The notes under the pieces were generated by a model. It saw nothing but the letters and a program-made list of their open reading frames with translations, did not search any database and was not told the DNA's origin. From the NCBI GenBank assembly GCA_029838195.1, contig JALGVJ010000011.1, positions 48,044 to 112,043 on the forward strand: a DNA stretch of 64,000 nucleotides, written 5' to 3'. The position numbers and the translations under genes are program-made. The first letter of the stretch is position 1. Each line of letters starts with the position of its first letter. Source of the stretch: Promethearchaeota archaeon (GTDB taxonomy: Archaea > Asgardarchaeota > Lokiarchaeia > Sigyniarchaeales > SOKP01). This document shows positions 41,678 to 51,718 of the stretch, piece by piece.

Positions 41678-41738
41678 TCTAAAACGATGGTTAACAAGCT
41701 CCAATTTTAAAAATGCCATTTAATAAACCTGTTCTTAA

Positions 41739-42578
41739 TTAATTATCTCTTTTTCCAAACCAGATAAGACTTGTTTGTTTTTGTTTTTCAAATTCAATTG
41801 TTTTTCGAATTTTCGAGATTAAGTAATCCACGCAATAAATTAGGTGAGCATCATTTTTGTAATCATTAATGAAGGTAAGAAAATGTTGCGTTTTTCTATT
41901 ACTTAGTCTTATCTCAAAATCTAATGCTTCATTAACAAGTTGGACGTGTTCCCAATTTCCTTTTTTAACTTCTTTTTGAAACTCGGCAATTTTCTCAGTT
42001 TCTTGTAATATGTTTTCATTTTTCGCAATTAATTTATTATCTTCATCATAAATCCCAATTTGAGTAAAATTATTCGAATCGCTTAAAGATAATAAGAAAT
42101 CATCTAACGTGTTTTTTTTGAACTTGTGATGATTATGATATAATGAATATTTAAAACTAAAAGCATCTATTTTTTGCAATCTTTCTATTATCTCATTAGC
42201 TGCTTCATTCTTCAAAATTTTTTTGCTATAAAAGCACAAGATTCCTTTTTGTTTATTAAAAATTAACTTGATGAGCATGGGGTATGTATAAACTCGGTCT
42301 TGTTCATTACGTCCTTCTTCAAGGAGTTTAAAATAAGATAATTCAGAATTCTTAGAAGGATATATCTTTGTTTCCTTTCGAAAATAATTTGCCACGTGAT
42401 ATCCTGTATTTTCAATTTCATGAAAAATGCGCCCATCCATGCTGTAAAATCCGGAATGGGTGATTTCATCATTTTTATCAAAATGGGCAAAATTATCCGG
42501 ATTTAAAAATAGTTTTTCTTCTATTTTTGATAAATCATTATCAAAATGAGCATCTAAATAAATTCGTAAGGTAGGCAT
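41739..42578 (-). CDS. Hypothetical protein with PIP-box-like C-terminus
   Basis: 279-aa ORF ending QKQTSLIWFG. Confidence 0.7.
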   Translation of the reverse strand: MPTLRIYLDAHFDNDLSKIEEKLFLNPDNFAHFDKNDEITHSGFYSMDGRIFHEIENTGYHVANYFRKETKIYPSKNSELSYFKLLEEGRNEQDRVYTYPMLIKLIFNKQKGILCFYSKKILKNEAANEIIERLQKIDAFSFKYSLYHNHHKFKKNTLDDFLLSLSDSNNFTQIGIYDEDNKLIAKNENILQETEKIAEFQKEVKKGNWEHVQLVNEALDFEIRLSNRKTQHFLTFINDYKNDAHLIYCVDYLISKIRKTIEFEKQKQTSLIWFGKRDN

Positions 42579-42784
42579 GTGAATTATTCTCTTGGTATTT
42601 GAATTTAAGAATTAATTATCAATAATTCTAATATAATTTTTCATTTAAAAATTCGTGGATACCTTAATAATAATTTTATTTTTAATCTTTTATGAACACG
42701 TCTTAATCCGAAATTTCTTTCTTAGAGCCATTAAAGAATTTTAACTTATTTCATGCTATCCTCCAGAATTTTCTAGTTTCTTTT

Positions 42785-42970
42785 TTGCTATTCGGACTGT
42801 TCATTTCAATTTTTAATTTATATCATGCTCATGGTATTTATAAAACTTGCAAAAAGTGTAGATTTTCTCTCGATTGGGAAACTTGTCTTGGAATTAAAAA
42901 ATATAAGGAAGCACTTAAAAAAATTTTAATTAGAAAGAGATTAAAGTATCTGAAATTAAATTTTTATTAA
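42785..42970 (+). pseudogene. Probable fragment of a Cys-containing membrane protein
   Basis: Short hydrophobic stretch then CKKC...WETC; no convincing start. Confidence 0.3.
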
Positions 42971-43133
42971 TATAATGGTGGTTTTTTTTTTTTACCTTGA
43001 CTGCTTAAAATAGCTAAAATTTTTCCAAGATTATTCTATTTTCTTAATAGGGTCTAAAAATTTATTAAAATATCTTTTTCTATTAAAAATAGCAATCAAA
43101 AATAATTTGAATTAAATAAATATTTTATTTATC

Positions 43134-44000
43134 ATGTTTCAAAAGATAAATAGGCGATTTGTACATGAGAACATCGAAAATCTAAAAGAACACTCGTGGA
43201 GTTTTATTTTTTTAACCTATATTCTTTATGGTAGCTTGCTTATTTTCATAATTTTTGTCATATATCAATATGATTTACTCACGTTCATTCAAATTCAGAC
43301 ATTCCATCTCATCCAATTGACACTCCTCATGAGTTTATTGCTTTTTTTCTTAGTGGTATGGTTAGCTATCATTAAAATAGGAAAACTGAGCGTTCGAGAG
43401 CTCGGATTGAAAAAAGAGCAACTAAAAGGAGGGATCTTATTTTACCTCGTACTCTACTTACTTTTAAATCTCGTTTTACTTCTCATTAATTTAATATCCT
43501 TTGGCTCACCATATTATTATCCCTATTGGACCGAGCGGGGCTTAATTTATTCTATAGGAGCTTTATTTGCTCAAATTTTCGGCAATGTATTAGTTGAAGA
43601 AGTATATTATCGGGGATATCTTCTCAATCAAATTACAGGTAAATTTTATAATAAAAATACAGGGAATAATAAAGCCGAGTTCAAAAGTATATTTAAAGGC
43701 GTGGTTTTAAGTAGTACGATGTTTGCATTTCTTCATATTCCAATTAGAATATTTACAGGCGTTTTAGGACTAAATCTCGTGTTAAATATTCTTTTGCTTA
43801 TTGGAATAGGCGTAATAATTGGCCTCATCTATGTCTTTTCCACTAATCTTTTCTTTGCGATGGCAGTCCACGTCATTTCCAATATCTCGTTTGTACTTTT
43901 TGCTCCTGTAGGATATTTGCCATTTTTAAGTTATGGTTTAAGCTTTCTCATAATATTTTGTTTGATTCGATTGAAATATAGATCAAATCCATTAGAATGA
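43134..44000 (+). CDS. CPBP (Abi/CAAX protease II) intramembrane metalloprotease
   Basis: EEVYYRGY, FAFLH, HVISN. Confidence 0.92.
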   Translation: MFQKINRRFVHENIENLKEHSWSFIFLTYILYGSLLIFIIFVIYQYDLLTFIQIQTFHLIQLTLLMSLLLFFLVVWLAIIKIGKLSVRELGLKKEQLKGGILFYLVLYLLLNLVLLLINLISFGSPYYYPYWTERGLIYSIGALFAQIFGNVLVEEVYYRGYLLNQITGKFYNKNTGNNKAEFKSIFKGVVLSSTMFAFLHIPIRIFTGVLGLNLVLNILLLIGIGVIIGLIYVFSTNLFFAMAVHVISNISFVLFAPVGYLPFLSYGLSFLIIFCLIRLKYRSNPLE

Positions 44001-44052
44001 ATACTTCTCAATACATTCTAGCTTCAATGGAAGAGTTTCATTATTTTTAGAG

Positions 44053-45171
44053 TTAAAAATGCCGAAAGATCATTTCTTTTTTGATACGCTCTTCATACCA
44101 ACTTAGGAATAATTCATTTATTTCATATTTGGAAGGATTTCCGGGCGTTTTATGGAAAAAGCCTTTTTTAGTCATTTTTTCGAGATATTTCCAGGCTACA
44201 GAATGTTCAATATCAAATTCCATTAAATGAGACGTAGTAATGAATTTTCCGGGAAGAGAAAAATAAATGCGCAATATTTCTGCTTCTTTTTTGGTTATTC
44301 TTTGGTTTTTCAATTCGATTAATGGGGGCAAAATGGATTTGATAAAAGCACCATCGATAACCCGTACATTCTTGATGAGGGCCTTTTGGTGCAATAATTC
44401 GAAAACTAAAAACGCGATTTTTAAATTCCCATTACAATATGAGGCAATTTCCGGAAGCACGTATTTTTTTAAATTTTCTTTATATTTTTCTGTTAGCTGA
44501 TCCTTTATTAAAAAAGCCTCTACTCTTTTGGTGAAGATATCTATTATTTCTTGCCTCGAATAATTTCGAAAAAATATTTCTTTATTTATTTGAAGATTAC
44601 CGGTAATTAAATAATCATGAAGGGCCCAAATGGAAAAAATTAATCTTGTATTTTCTCGATACTTGTTTAAATTACGAATGAAAGAAGCGGAAAGAAAAGA
44701 AGGACAAGAAAGAATTCGAACATCAAAAGAGTCATTATTAAGCTTTTTTAATTGCTTATCCGAGAGCTCTTCATTCGTTAAGAAATCAAATCCTGTAAGA
44801 TCATAAAATGCGATGTTAATATTCGGATGTGTCTCCGAGAGGATTTGACAGGTAATCTTAAATGTAAGATGCTTACCAATGCCAACTGGTCCGATAATAG
44901 CAACATGTAATGCTGCCGGCAAGTCTTTAACGGCTCCTATATATTTTGAAATCCATTTTATCTCAGAATGGCGATTTACGTAGAGATTTATTAATTCCGC
45001 TGTTAAGCGAGTTTCAGGGTTAAAAGCTTCTAATGGATGAGTCGTATAATTAAAATATCTAAACCAGTATGGCGTGATTGTATTTAATAATTCCCTTGAA
45101 TCTACTCCCTCTTCCACTGATTTTTTTATGAAATCCTTTAGCTCTTGATAAAAATCATTTTTAGGCGTCAT
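44053..45171 (-). CDS. AAA+/P-loop ATPase with C-terminal winged helix (Cdc6-like architecture, degenerate)
   Basis: YVNRHSEI, GPVGIGKH, FRNYSRQEI..I..KR, GNLKIA, wHTH WKYLEKM.KKGF. Confidence 0.75.
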   Translation of the reverse strand: MTPKNDFYQELKDFIKKSVEEGVDSRELLNTITPYWFRYFNYTTHPLEAFNPETRLTAELINLYVNRHSEIKWISKYIGAVKDLPAALHVAIIGPVGIGKHLTFKITCQILSETHPNINIAFYDLTGFDFLTNEELSDKQLKKLNNDSFDVRILSCPSFLSASFIRNLNKYRENTRLIFSIWALHDYLITGNLQINKEIFFRNYSRQEIIDIFTKRVEAFLIKDQLTEKYKENLKKYVLPEIASYCNGNLKIAFLVFELLHQKALIKNVRVIDGAFIKSILPPLIELKNQRITKKEAEILRIYFSLPGKFITTSHLMEFDIEHSVAWKYLEKMTKKGFFHKTPGNPSKYEINELFLSWYEERIKKEMIFRHF

Positions 45172-45493
45172 TTATCTCAAATAAAAATGCCATATTATAT
45201 TAATTCGCAAATACAAATTTAAACCTAGTGATTTTAAAATATAACGACTTTCATCATCTTTTTTTAAACCAAATATTTATATATGATTTATACCATATTA
45301 TGATATATATTTTTAAATATTAATTTAAATAAAAAGACTTAATGAAAGAAACTGTTATTAAGATTATTCAAGAATTCCATGAAATGTAATATTAATAATA
45401 TTTACTTCAATCATAATATAAAACAATAATAGGCAATATTATAAATTTTGAGAAAATTAGATCCCAAAAGATAAAATAACCAAATTAAAATTA

Positions 45494-47371
45494 GTGATGT
45501 ATAAAATGGTAAAAAAATATCCTCCGACGATAGAAGATCTCAAAAAGCGTAGAGAAAAAATCCCCACCTCAGAAATAATATTTTATAAACTATTAGACAG
45601 CTTATCTGATAAATGGTATTCGTGGCATTCCATTAGCTGGGAAAACATGAAAGATGCTACGAGCGGAGAAACCGATTTTCTGATATTTCATCCCGAAAAA
45701 GGTTTTATCGTGGTGGAAGTGAAGGGTGGGATCATTAGCGTGGAAGATTCCATTTTTTACTCCACGAATTCCATTACGGGAGTAAAAACAAAATTAGATA
45801 AAGATCCGTTTGATCAAGCAAAGAATTCGATGTATCAAATCTTGAATTATTACGTGAAAGTGGCTAAAAAGGAACCGGATCCCGACCTCTTATTAAAAGA
45901 AAGCCGACAAGGACTTTATTTTCCCTTGAATTTTGATTACATGGTATTTTTTCCAAATACGCACTTTAAGGAGGAGTTCACCTATTTCCAATATGAAAAT
46001 GATCATGTTTTTGACGAATCGGATTTAAAGCGTCAGCAAGAATGGGAAAACGGTGGAAAAGTGGGAATCTCTCCCTTGGAGCAACAGTTGATTACCCTCT
46101 TGGATAAACATGAGTTCTATCGCGTTTATAAACCGGACGTGAAACGTTTCTTCATTAAATTTTTAGGGACCAACATCCGAAATTATGTTTCTCTTCAAAA
46201 TTATTATCAAATTAGAGAAGAGGAGCTCGCCAGGATTAATGAGGTTCAAGACTTTTTACTGAACGTGCTCTCCGAAAAGAAAGAATGCTTTTTTAAGGGA
46301 AGTGCCGGTTCCGGCAAGACCTTTATCGCCATGAAAAAAGCGCTCATGAATTACCGGCACGGGATAAAAACGTTATTCCTTTGTTTTAATCGAGAATTGA
46401 GAGATTTTATTGAACAATTCCTTGCAAAACAACTGGACCTTGCTCCTGAGCAATTAAAAGGGAATATTGATGTATATTCCATTAATTTATTTCTTTCAAG
46501 CCTCCTACTAAAAGGAACTTTTGATATATATACTGAAAAATATTTGCGAAAATGCCTAGAACAATTCAAATACGCACCCATTTCTCAAAAACTCCAAGAA
46601 CTAAAAGATACAATCCCCTTGAGTTTTAAATATGATGCCATATTAATCGATGAAGCTCAAGATATTGATGAAAGTCTCTGGAATATATTCTCTATTTTCT
46701 TTAATCATCCTGAGGAAGGTATATTTTATGTATTTTTTGATGAAGCTCAAACCATTTTCCGAGAAAATTTTTATCCGAAAAAATTCGGCATGGATGAGAA
46801 AAAAGATTTATTAATTTTGAATCGGAATTTAAGAAATACCGTCCAAATTGCGTCATGGATTCAATCGGAGACCCATTTAGGAAGTTATGAGGCTTTTTCA
46901 GGCATTCACGGCTTCGACGTTACCCACGTGAGGGTTCCGTCAAGACAAGAAGCTCTTGAAAGAGCGATTAAAATGATTAAAAATCGTTTTTATAGCCAAG
47001 CAATCAACCCGGAAAAAATCATCATTCTATCGTATCATAAATTAAAAACTCTTTATCCGGCTTGTACCTCAAATAAAAAGGCAGATTATTATACCTCTCA
47101 GGTAGAAAGAGACGTGATCGTAATTGAACCTCACAGTTTATTTACCATCGAAGAGAACCAGCACTCCAAAGAAATTCAAGGAAAAAACGTGATATATTTT
47201 AAAACCATCACTGCGTTCAAGGGATTGGAGCGTGATATCATTTTCCTCCTGATTCCGACTATTGAAAAATTTAAAAAAACGAATCCCGAACGATATGATA
47301 ATTTTATCAAGCAAATTTACGTGGGAGCTTCACGGGCGAAATTTAAATTACACGTTATTGAATATGATTAA
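45494..47371 (+). CDS. NERD nuclease plus SF1 (UvrD-like) helicase
   Basis: GETDFLIFHP..G..VVEVKGG, GSAGSGKT, LCFN, IDEAQD, NLRNT, FKGLE, YVGASRAK. Confidence 0.92.
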   Translation: MMYKMVKKYPPTIEDLKKRREKIPTSEIIFYKLLDSLSDKWYSWHSISWENMKDATSGETDFLIFHPEKGFIVVEVKGGIISVEDSIFYSTNSITGVKTKLDKDPFDQAKNSMYQILNYYVKVAKKEPDPDLLLKESRQGLYFPLNFDYMVFFPNTHFKEEFTYFQYENDHVFDESDLKRQQEWENGGKVGISPLEQQLITLLDKHEFYRVYKPDVKRFFIKFLGTNIRNYVSLQNYYQIREEELARINEVQDFLLNVLSEKKECFFKGSAGSGKTFIAMKKALMNYRHGIKTLFLCFNRELRDFIEQFLAKQLDLAPEQLKGNIDVYSINLFLSSLLLKGTFDIYTEKYLRKCLEQFKYAPISQKLQELKDTIPLSFKYDAILIDEAQDIDESLWNIFSIFFNHPEEGIFYVFFDEAQTIFRENFYPKKFGMDEKKDLLILNRNLRNTVQIASWIQSETHLGSYEAFSGIHGFDVTHVRVPSRQEALERAIKMIKNRFYSQAINPEKIIILSYHKLKTLYPACTSNKKADYYTSQVERDVIVIEPHSLFTIEENQHSKEIQGKNVIYFKTITAFKGLERDIIFLLIPTIEKFKKTNPERYDNFIKQIYVGASRAKFKLHVIEYD

Positions 47372-47548
47372 TTATAGTAGAGTCCATCCCGCCATGCTCC
47401 CTTGAAATAAAAAACATGAAATGAATCTAAAGAAAAACAAAAATATTTAAAAATGAATTTGATAAGAATTATAAAAAAATTAGTAATAAGGGAATTCGGC
47501 CGGAAAAGGCGGCTCATTCATGAGGTATGAAAAAGAGGAGAGAAATTC

Positions 47549-48727
47549 ATGAATAATTGGAAAGAAAGTTCGGAAGAAATTTTTGAATTTAAAAAAGAAA
47601 AAGAGCTCGAGTCTCCCTTGAGATCTTGTATCGAATTTCTCCAAGCGCATAAAAATGAATTTCAAAACGATGACGTGCCCCATGTCTTGGGTTCGGGAGA
47701 TAAAGTATTTCAAATTTCAGATGAGCGTATTTTTAAACTTCCTGATTGTAATGAGCCCAAAAGAATTGGGTTTGTGGATGGAGGAAACGCTCCTGTATTG
47801 AAAAGTGCTGATTTTTGTATCTGTTTAAATCGAGTTGCGGGAGCTCTTTTCAATGAAAACAAGTATGAACAACTCAGCCAAATGCCTGAGGTAATCGAGT
47901 TCTATAGCGTGACCATATTAACTCGTAAAGTGAGCGGCCCCGTGCAATTTGTTACAAAATTATTTCCTCGAGAAGAGCATCACGCTCGATACTTACCTAA
48001 AATGGATATCGTCATCCCCCTCATGGACACCGTCACGTTCAGGGGGAAAGTGGGATTTTTACCTAAAATAGAAAAATTTGCCTCCATCGCCCGACGTTTT
48101 GCTGAATGGACGTATGGTCGAGAGTTCATTGCTCAAGAAATGAAAGAAGATGAGATTTTTGTAAGAGATGGCTCCTTGCAAACCGGTCAAGCGGGAGAAT
48201 CCATTTTGGCAACTCAACTTTACGAAAAAGCCATAGAAACGGGAGTAATCGTGACGGGACTCTCAAAAACATGCCGCCTTTTTACTAATAGAGGAGATAG
48301 CTTGATTTCTGTAATCGATTCGTTGGCAAGTAACAAATATCCTAAATCACCATGGTATTATCATCCCATCTATAAAATTACGAGGGTAGATAACCAAGCA
48401 GATTTATATTTTGTAAAGCTCCATCCCCATTCCCCCTTTCCTTTTCGTTTTGATATTTATATTAAACAATCAGAAAGCATGACTCAAAAGGAGCGGGAGC
48501 ACGTGATTTCAAATTTAATGAACAATTCAAAAGATTTATCCTTTCCGGGCTATCCTCATGGGTTGATAAAAGTAGATCAGCTTTCACGAGTTGCTTATCG
48601 TGAATTAGATACCCATAAAATCTTGCTTTTATCGGAATTCTCCGATGAGCACCATGAAAAATACATTCTTCCACGGCTTCATTCCATTGAAGCGCATGAC
48701 CTATTGAATAAAATAAGAAAAAATTAA
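47549..48727 (+). CDS. nurA: NurA 5'-3' nuclease
   Basis: GFVDGG, RRFAE, VRDGSL, GLSKT, GYPHGL..VDQLSRV; first gene of the herA-mre11-rad50 run. Confidence 0.9.
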   Translation: MNNWKESSEEIFEFKKEKELESPLRSCIEFLQAHKNEFQNDDVPHVLGSGDKVFQISDERIFKLPDCNEPKRIGFVDGGNAPVLKSADFCICLNRVAGALFNENKYEQLSQMPEVIEFYSVTILTRKVSGPVQFVTKLFPREEHHARYLPKMDIVIPLMDTVTFRGKVGFLPKIEKFASIARRFAEWTYGREFIAQEMKEDEIFVRDGSLQTGQAGESILATQLYEKAIETGVIVTGLSKTCRLFTNRGDSLISVIDSLASNKYPKSPWYYHPIYKITRVDNQADLYFVKLHPHSPFPFRFDIYIKQSESMTQKEREHVISNLMNNSKDLSFPGYPHGLIKVDQLSRVAYRELDTHKILLLSEFSDEHHEKYILPRLHSIEAHDLLNKIRKN

Positions 48728-48797
48728 AATAAAAGCAATTAACCAAAACATTCTGTTAAAATAATAGAAAATATTAAAAAAATAAAAATGTAGAAAA

Positions 48798-50369
48798 ATG
48801 TCAGAATTAGGAAAAATTATCGGGCAATTTGTAGCGGGATCCTTTAATAAATTAATAGTAAGGCAAAAATCAGATCAAGTTTTTGAAATTGGACAATTAT
48901 TCGTATCCGGCAATAGCAAGGATGATTATGCTATTTATCAAATCAATGATTTAGTACATGAAAGTCAAGTCCCTCAAGCGGCATTAGAATTAATGGCGGG
49001 TTATAATTTGGAAAGAGAAAAATCTGATCTACGAATTTATGAACCTGAACTCAGAACGTATGTATTAGCACTCGCCAGACCTCTCGTTCGAATCCAACAC
49101 GATGCCGGACATTATACCATTTTTTTACCCAAATCATTACCTCAATTTTTTGGAAATGCGTTTGAAATCCAAGATGAACATCTAGCATTTTTGAAAGAAG
49201 CCGTCCTCGAAAATCCCATGATGATTGGAACGGTGAGAAGTGGCTCAAAAATTTTAAAAACACCCGTGAGCTTAGAGGCAAAAGAGGTCTTAACTCATCA
49301 TGTCCTCATACCGGCCACAACGGGAAGAGGAAAATCTAATCTTGTAAAAGTAATATTATATAATCTCCTTGAAAACCATGATGTCGGAAAATTAGTATTT
49401 GACCCTCATGATGAGTATTATTCAAGCTTGAAACACCATCCTAAAAGCTCGGAGTTTATTAGATATTACACCACCCGTCATGTACCCCATTGTATTGATT
49501 TAAAATTCAATCTAAAATTATTACATCCCGGGCATGTAGTAGGGACTATCGATCTCACGCCGGCGCAACAAGAAGCTTTAACTGTATATTACAGAAGATA
49601 CGAGGAAGATTGGATTCGCCATATTTTTTTGGATGACCCCGCTCCCGGCGTAAGAGAAGTTACTTTAAATGCATTAAGAAGAAGGCTCGGAATCTTACTT
49701 AATGTAGACGTCGCGATCAATGAAGATGGAGAGGAACAATTGAATGAACATGGAATCTATACATTTAATGGTCATGAAACCATCATTCACGATATTATTG
49801 AATATCTTAAAGACGGGAAAACCGTGATTATCGATACCTCTCTTTTTGGAGGAAATGAAGAAATTTTCGTGGCATCGATCATCACGGAGGCCATTTATTG
49901 GGAGTACAGACAACAAAAGTTTAACGACCAACTAAAAAATCTCCCCGTGATCACTATCGTATTAGAAGAAGCACCCAGAGTAATTGGTAAAAACGTGCTA
50001 GAAACAAGGGAAAATATATTCGGAACGATAGCTCGAGAGGGGCGAAAATTTCAAATAGGACTAATCGCCATTACTCAGCTACCTTCCCTCATACCTCGGG
50101 AAATCTTAGCCAACATGAATACGAAAATAATCCTGGGTAATGAAATGGGACCCGAACGGGATGCACTTATTCATAGCTCTGCGCAAGACCTTTCTCAAGA
50201 TTCTCAAAACATCGCTAGTCTGGATAAAGGAGAAGCCATCATCACCTCCAATTTTACGAAATTTGCCATTCCGATTAAAATTCCTCTCTTTGAAGAGTTG
50301 GTTAAACAAGACTTGGAAAATAGAAAAAAAGAAAACGTATCTTCCGTTAAAAAGAGAAGTCCATTTTAA
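48798..50369 (+). CDS. herA: HerA helicase/translocase
   Basis: [44 protein letters not shown]. Confidence 0.95.
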   Translation: MSELGKIIGQFVAGSFNKLIVRQKSDQVFEIGQLFVSGNSKDDYAIYQINDLVHESQVPQAALELMAGYNLEREKSDLRIYEPELRTYVLALARPLVRIQHDAGHYTIFLPKSLPQFFGNAFEIQDEHLAFLKEAVLENPMMIGTVRSGSKILKTPVSLEAKEVLTHHVLIPATTGRGKSNLVKVILYNLLENHDVGKLVFDPHDEYYSSLKHHPKSSEFIRYYTTRHVPHCIDLKFNLKLLHPGHVVGTIDLTPAQQEALTVYYRRYEEDWIRHIFLDDPAPGVREVTLNALRRRLGILLNVDVAINEDGEEQLNEHGIYTFNGHETIIHDIIEYLKDGKTVIIDTSLFGGNEEIFVASIITEAIYWEYRQQKFNDQLKNLPVITIVLEEAPRVIGKNVLETRENIFGTIAREGRKFQIGLIAITQLPSLIPREILANMNTKIILGNEMGPERDALIHSSAQDLSQDSQNIASLDKGEAIITSNFTKFAIPIKIPLFEELVKQDLENRKKENVSSVKKRSPF

Positions 50370-50392
50370 ATTTTAAATAACTTTCAAAGGAG

Positions 50393-51718
50393 TTGAATAG
50401 ATTGAAAATAAAATTTGCCCACGTATCCGATTGCCATCTAGGAGCATGGCGGAGAGAATCGCTCAATGAATTAGGATATCAAGCCTTCGAACAGATGATA
50501 AGCACCTGCTTGGAGGAAAATGTGGATTTTGTTCTCATGTGCGGTGATCTTTATGATAATTCAAATCCAAAAGTCGACGTGGTGGATCTTTCTATCAAAC
50601 AATTGAGAAGATTACGAGATAATGATATTCCGGTTTATGGAATCATGGGCTCTCATGATTTTTCGCCTTCGAATAGAACCATGATCCGCCCATTGATCTC
50701 CGCAGGCTTCTATACTAATGTTTGTCAACCAGAATGGGATGAAAATGAACAAAAATACCCCTTACGATTAAGATGGATCCAAGATGATAAAACGGGCATT
50801 AAACTGGCGGGAATGCGTGCCAGGAAAAACGTCTTGGAAAAAGCTGATTATGAAATGTTAAATCTCCCCGCAATGGAAGGGGAGAGTGGCAATAAAATTT
50901 TTCTGCTTCACACGCTTTTGGCGGAACTTAAAGAGAGTGATTATGAAGAAGTTGAAGGGTTGCCAAGATCTTTTTTGCCAAATAACTGCTGGTATTATGC
51001 TGGCGGACATGCTCACAAGACCATTCCTGATAAATTACGGTTTGGAGAAACGATTAAATTAAATCCAAGCACGGACTTAAAAGAGAGAGTAATTTATCCC
51101 GGATGTCTTTTTCCCACGAATTTCTGGGAACTCGAAAAAATTCAACATGGTGGATTTTGTATCGTGGAAGCTGATTTAGAAAAGAGAACCTTGGAAGTGA
51201 AATTTCATCCATTAAAGATTAAAGATGTGCTCCCCATCTTTATTGATGCATCTAATTTATCTGCACAAAAAGTACTGGAACTAATTAAGAAAGAAGCTAA
51301 ACAGAAAAATATCGAGGATAAAATAATTCCCTTGCGAATAGCAGGAACTTTATCTGCGGGAAAACCTTTGGAGATTGATTCCATGGAAATTACAGAATTC
51401 TTTTTAGAGAAAGGCGCTTTTGAAATCTTAATAAATAAAATTCATTTATCGTCCAAAGAATACGAGCAAATTTCGATTGGGCCTCAAATGACCATCGAAC
51501 AAATTGAAGGCAGATTAATTCATGAACATGCTCAAAAATCCAATTTTAAAGAAATAACTAAAGAAAAGGTAGAAAAGATCATTCATCAATTATTAAAAGA
51601 GTTAGGAGACCCCATGAAAGAGGAGGAAACTAAAAAAGATTACGTACAAAATGCCATCAACATGTTTTATAATATCTTGGGAATTCAAAAAGAAGACATG
51701 GAGGAAAGCAAGATATGA
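50393..51718 (+). CDS. mre11: Mre11 nuclease
   Basis: SDCHLG, GDLYD, GSHD, LLH, GGHAH, YPG. Confidence 0.95.
   Translation: MNRLKIKFAHVSDCHLGAWRRESLNELGYQAFEQMISTCLEENVDFVLMCGDLYDNSNPKVDVVDLSIKQLRRLRDNDIPVYGIMGSHDFSPSNRTMIRPLISAGFYTNVCQPEWDENEQKYPLRLRWIQDDKTGIKLAGMRARKNVLEKADYEMLNLPAMEGESGNKIFLLHTLLAELKESDYEEVEGLPRSFLPNNCWYYAGGHAHKTIPDKLRFGETIKLNPSTDLKERVIYPGCLFPTNFWELEKIQHGGFCIVEADLEKRTLEVKFHPLKIKDVLPIFIDASNLSAQKVLELIKKEAKQKNIEDKIIPLRIAGTLSAGKPLEIDSMEITEFFLEKGAFEILINKIHLSSKEYEQISIGPQMTIEQIEGRLIHEHAQKSNFKEITKEKVEKIIHQLLKELGDPMKEEETKKDYVQNAINMFYNILGIQKEDMEESKI

Noticed and set aside
44053-45493. cdc6 with an adjacent replication origin
   Set aside because: Walker motifs are degenerate and no ORB-like G-string repeats are visible in the spacer
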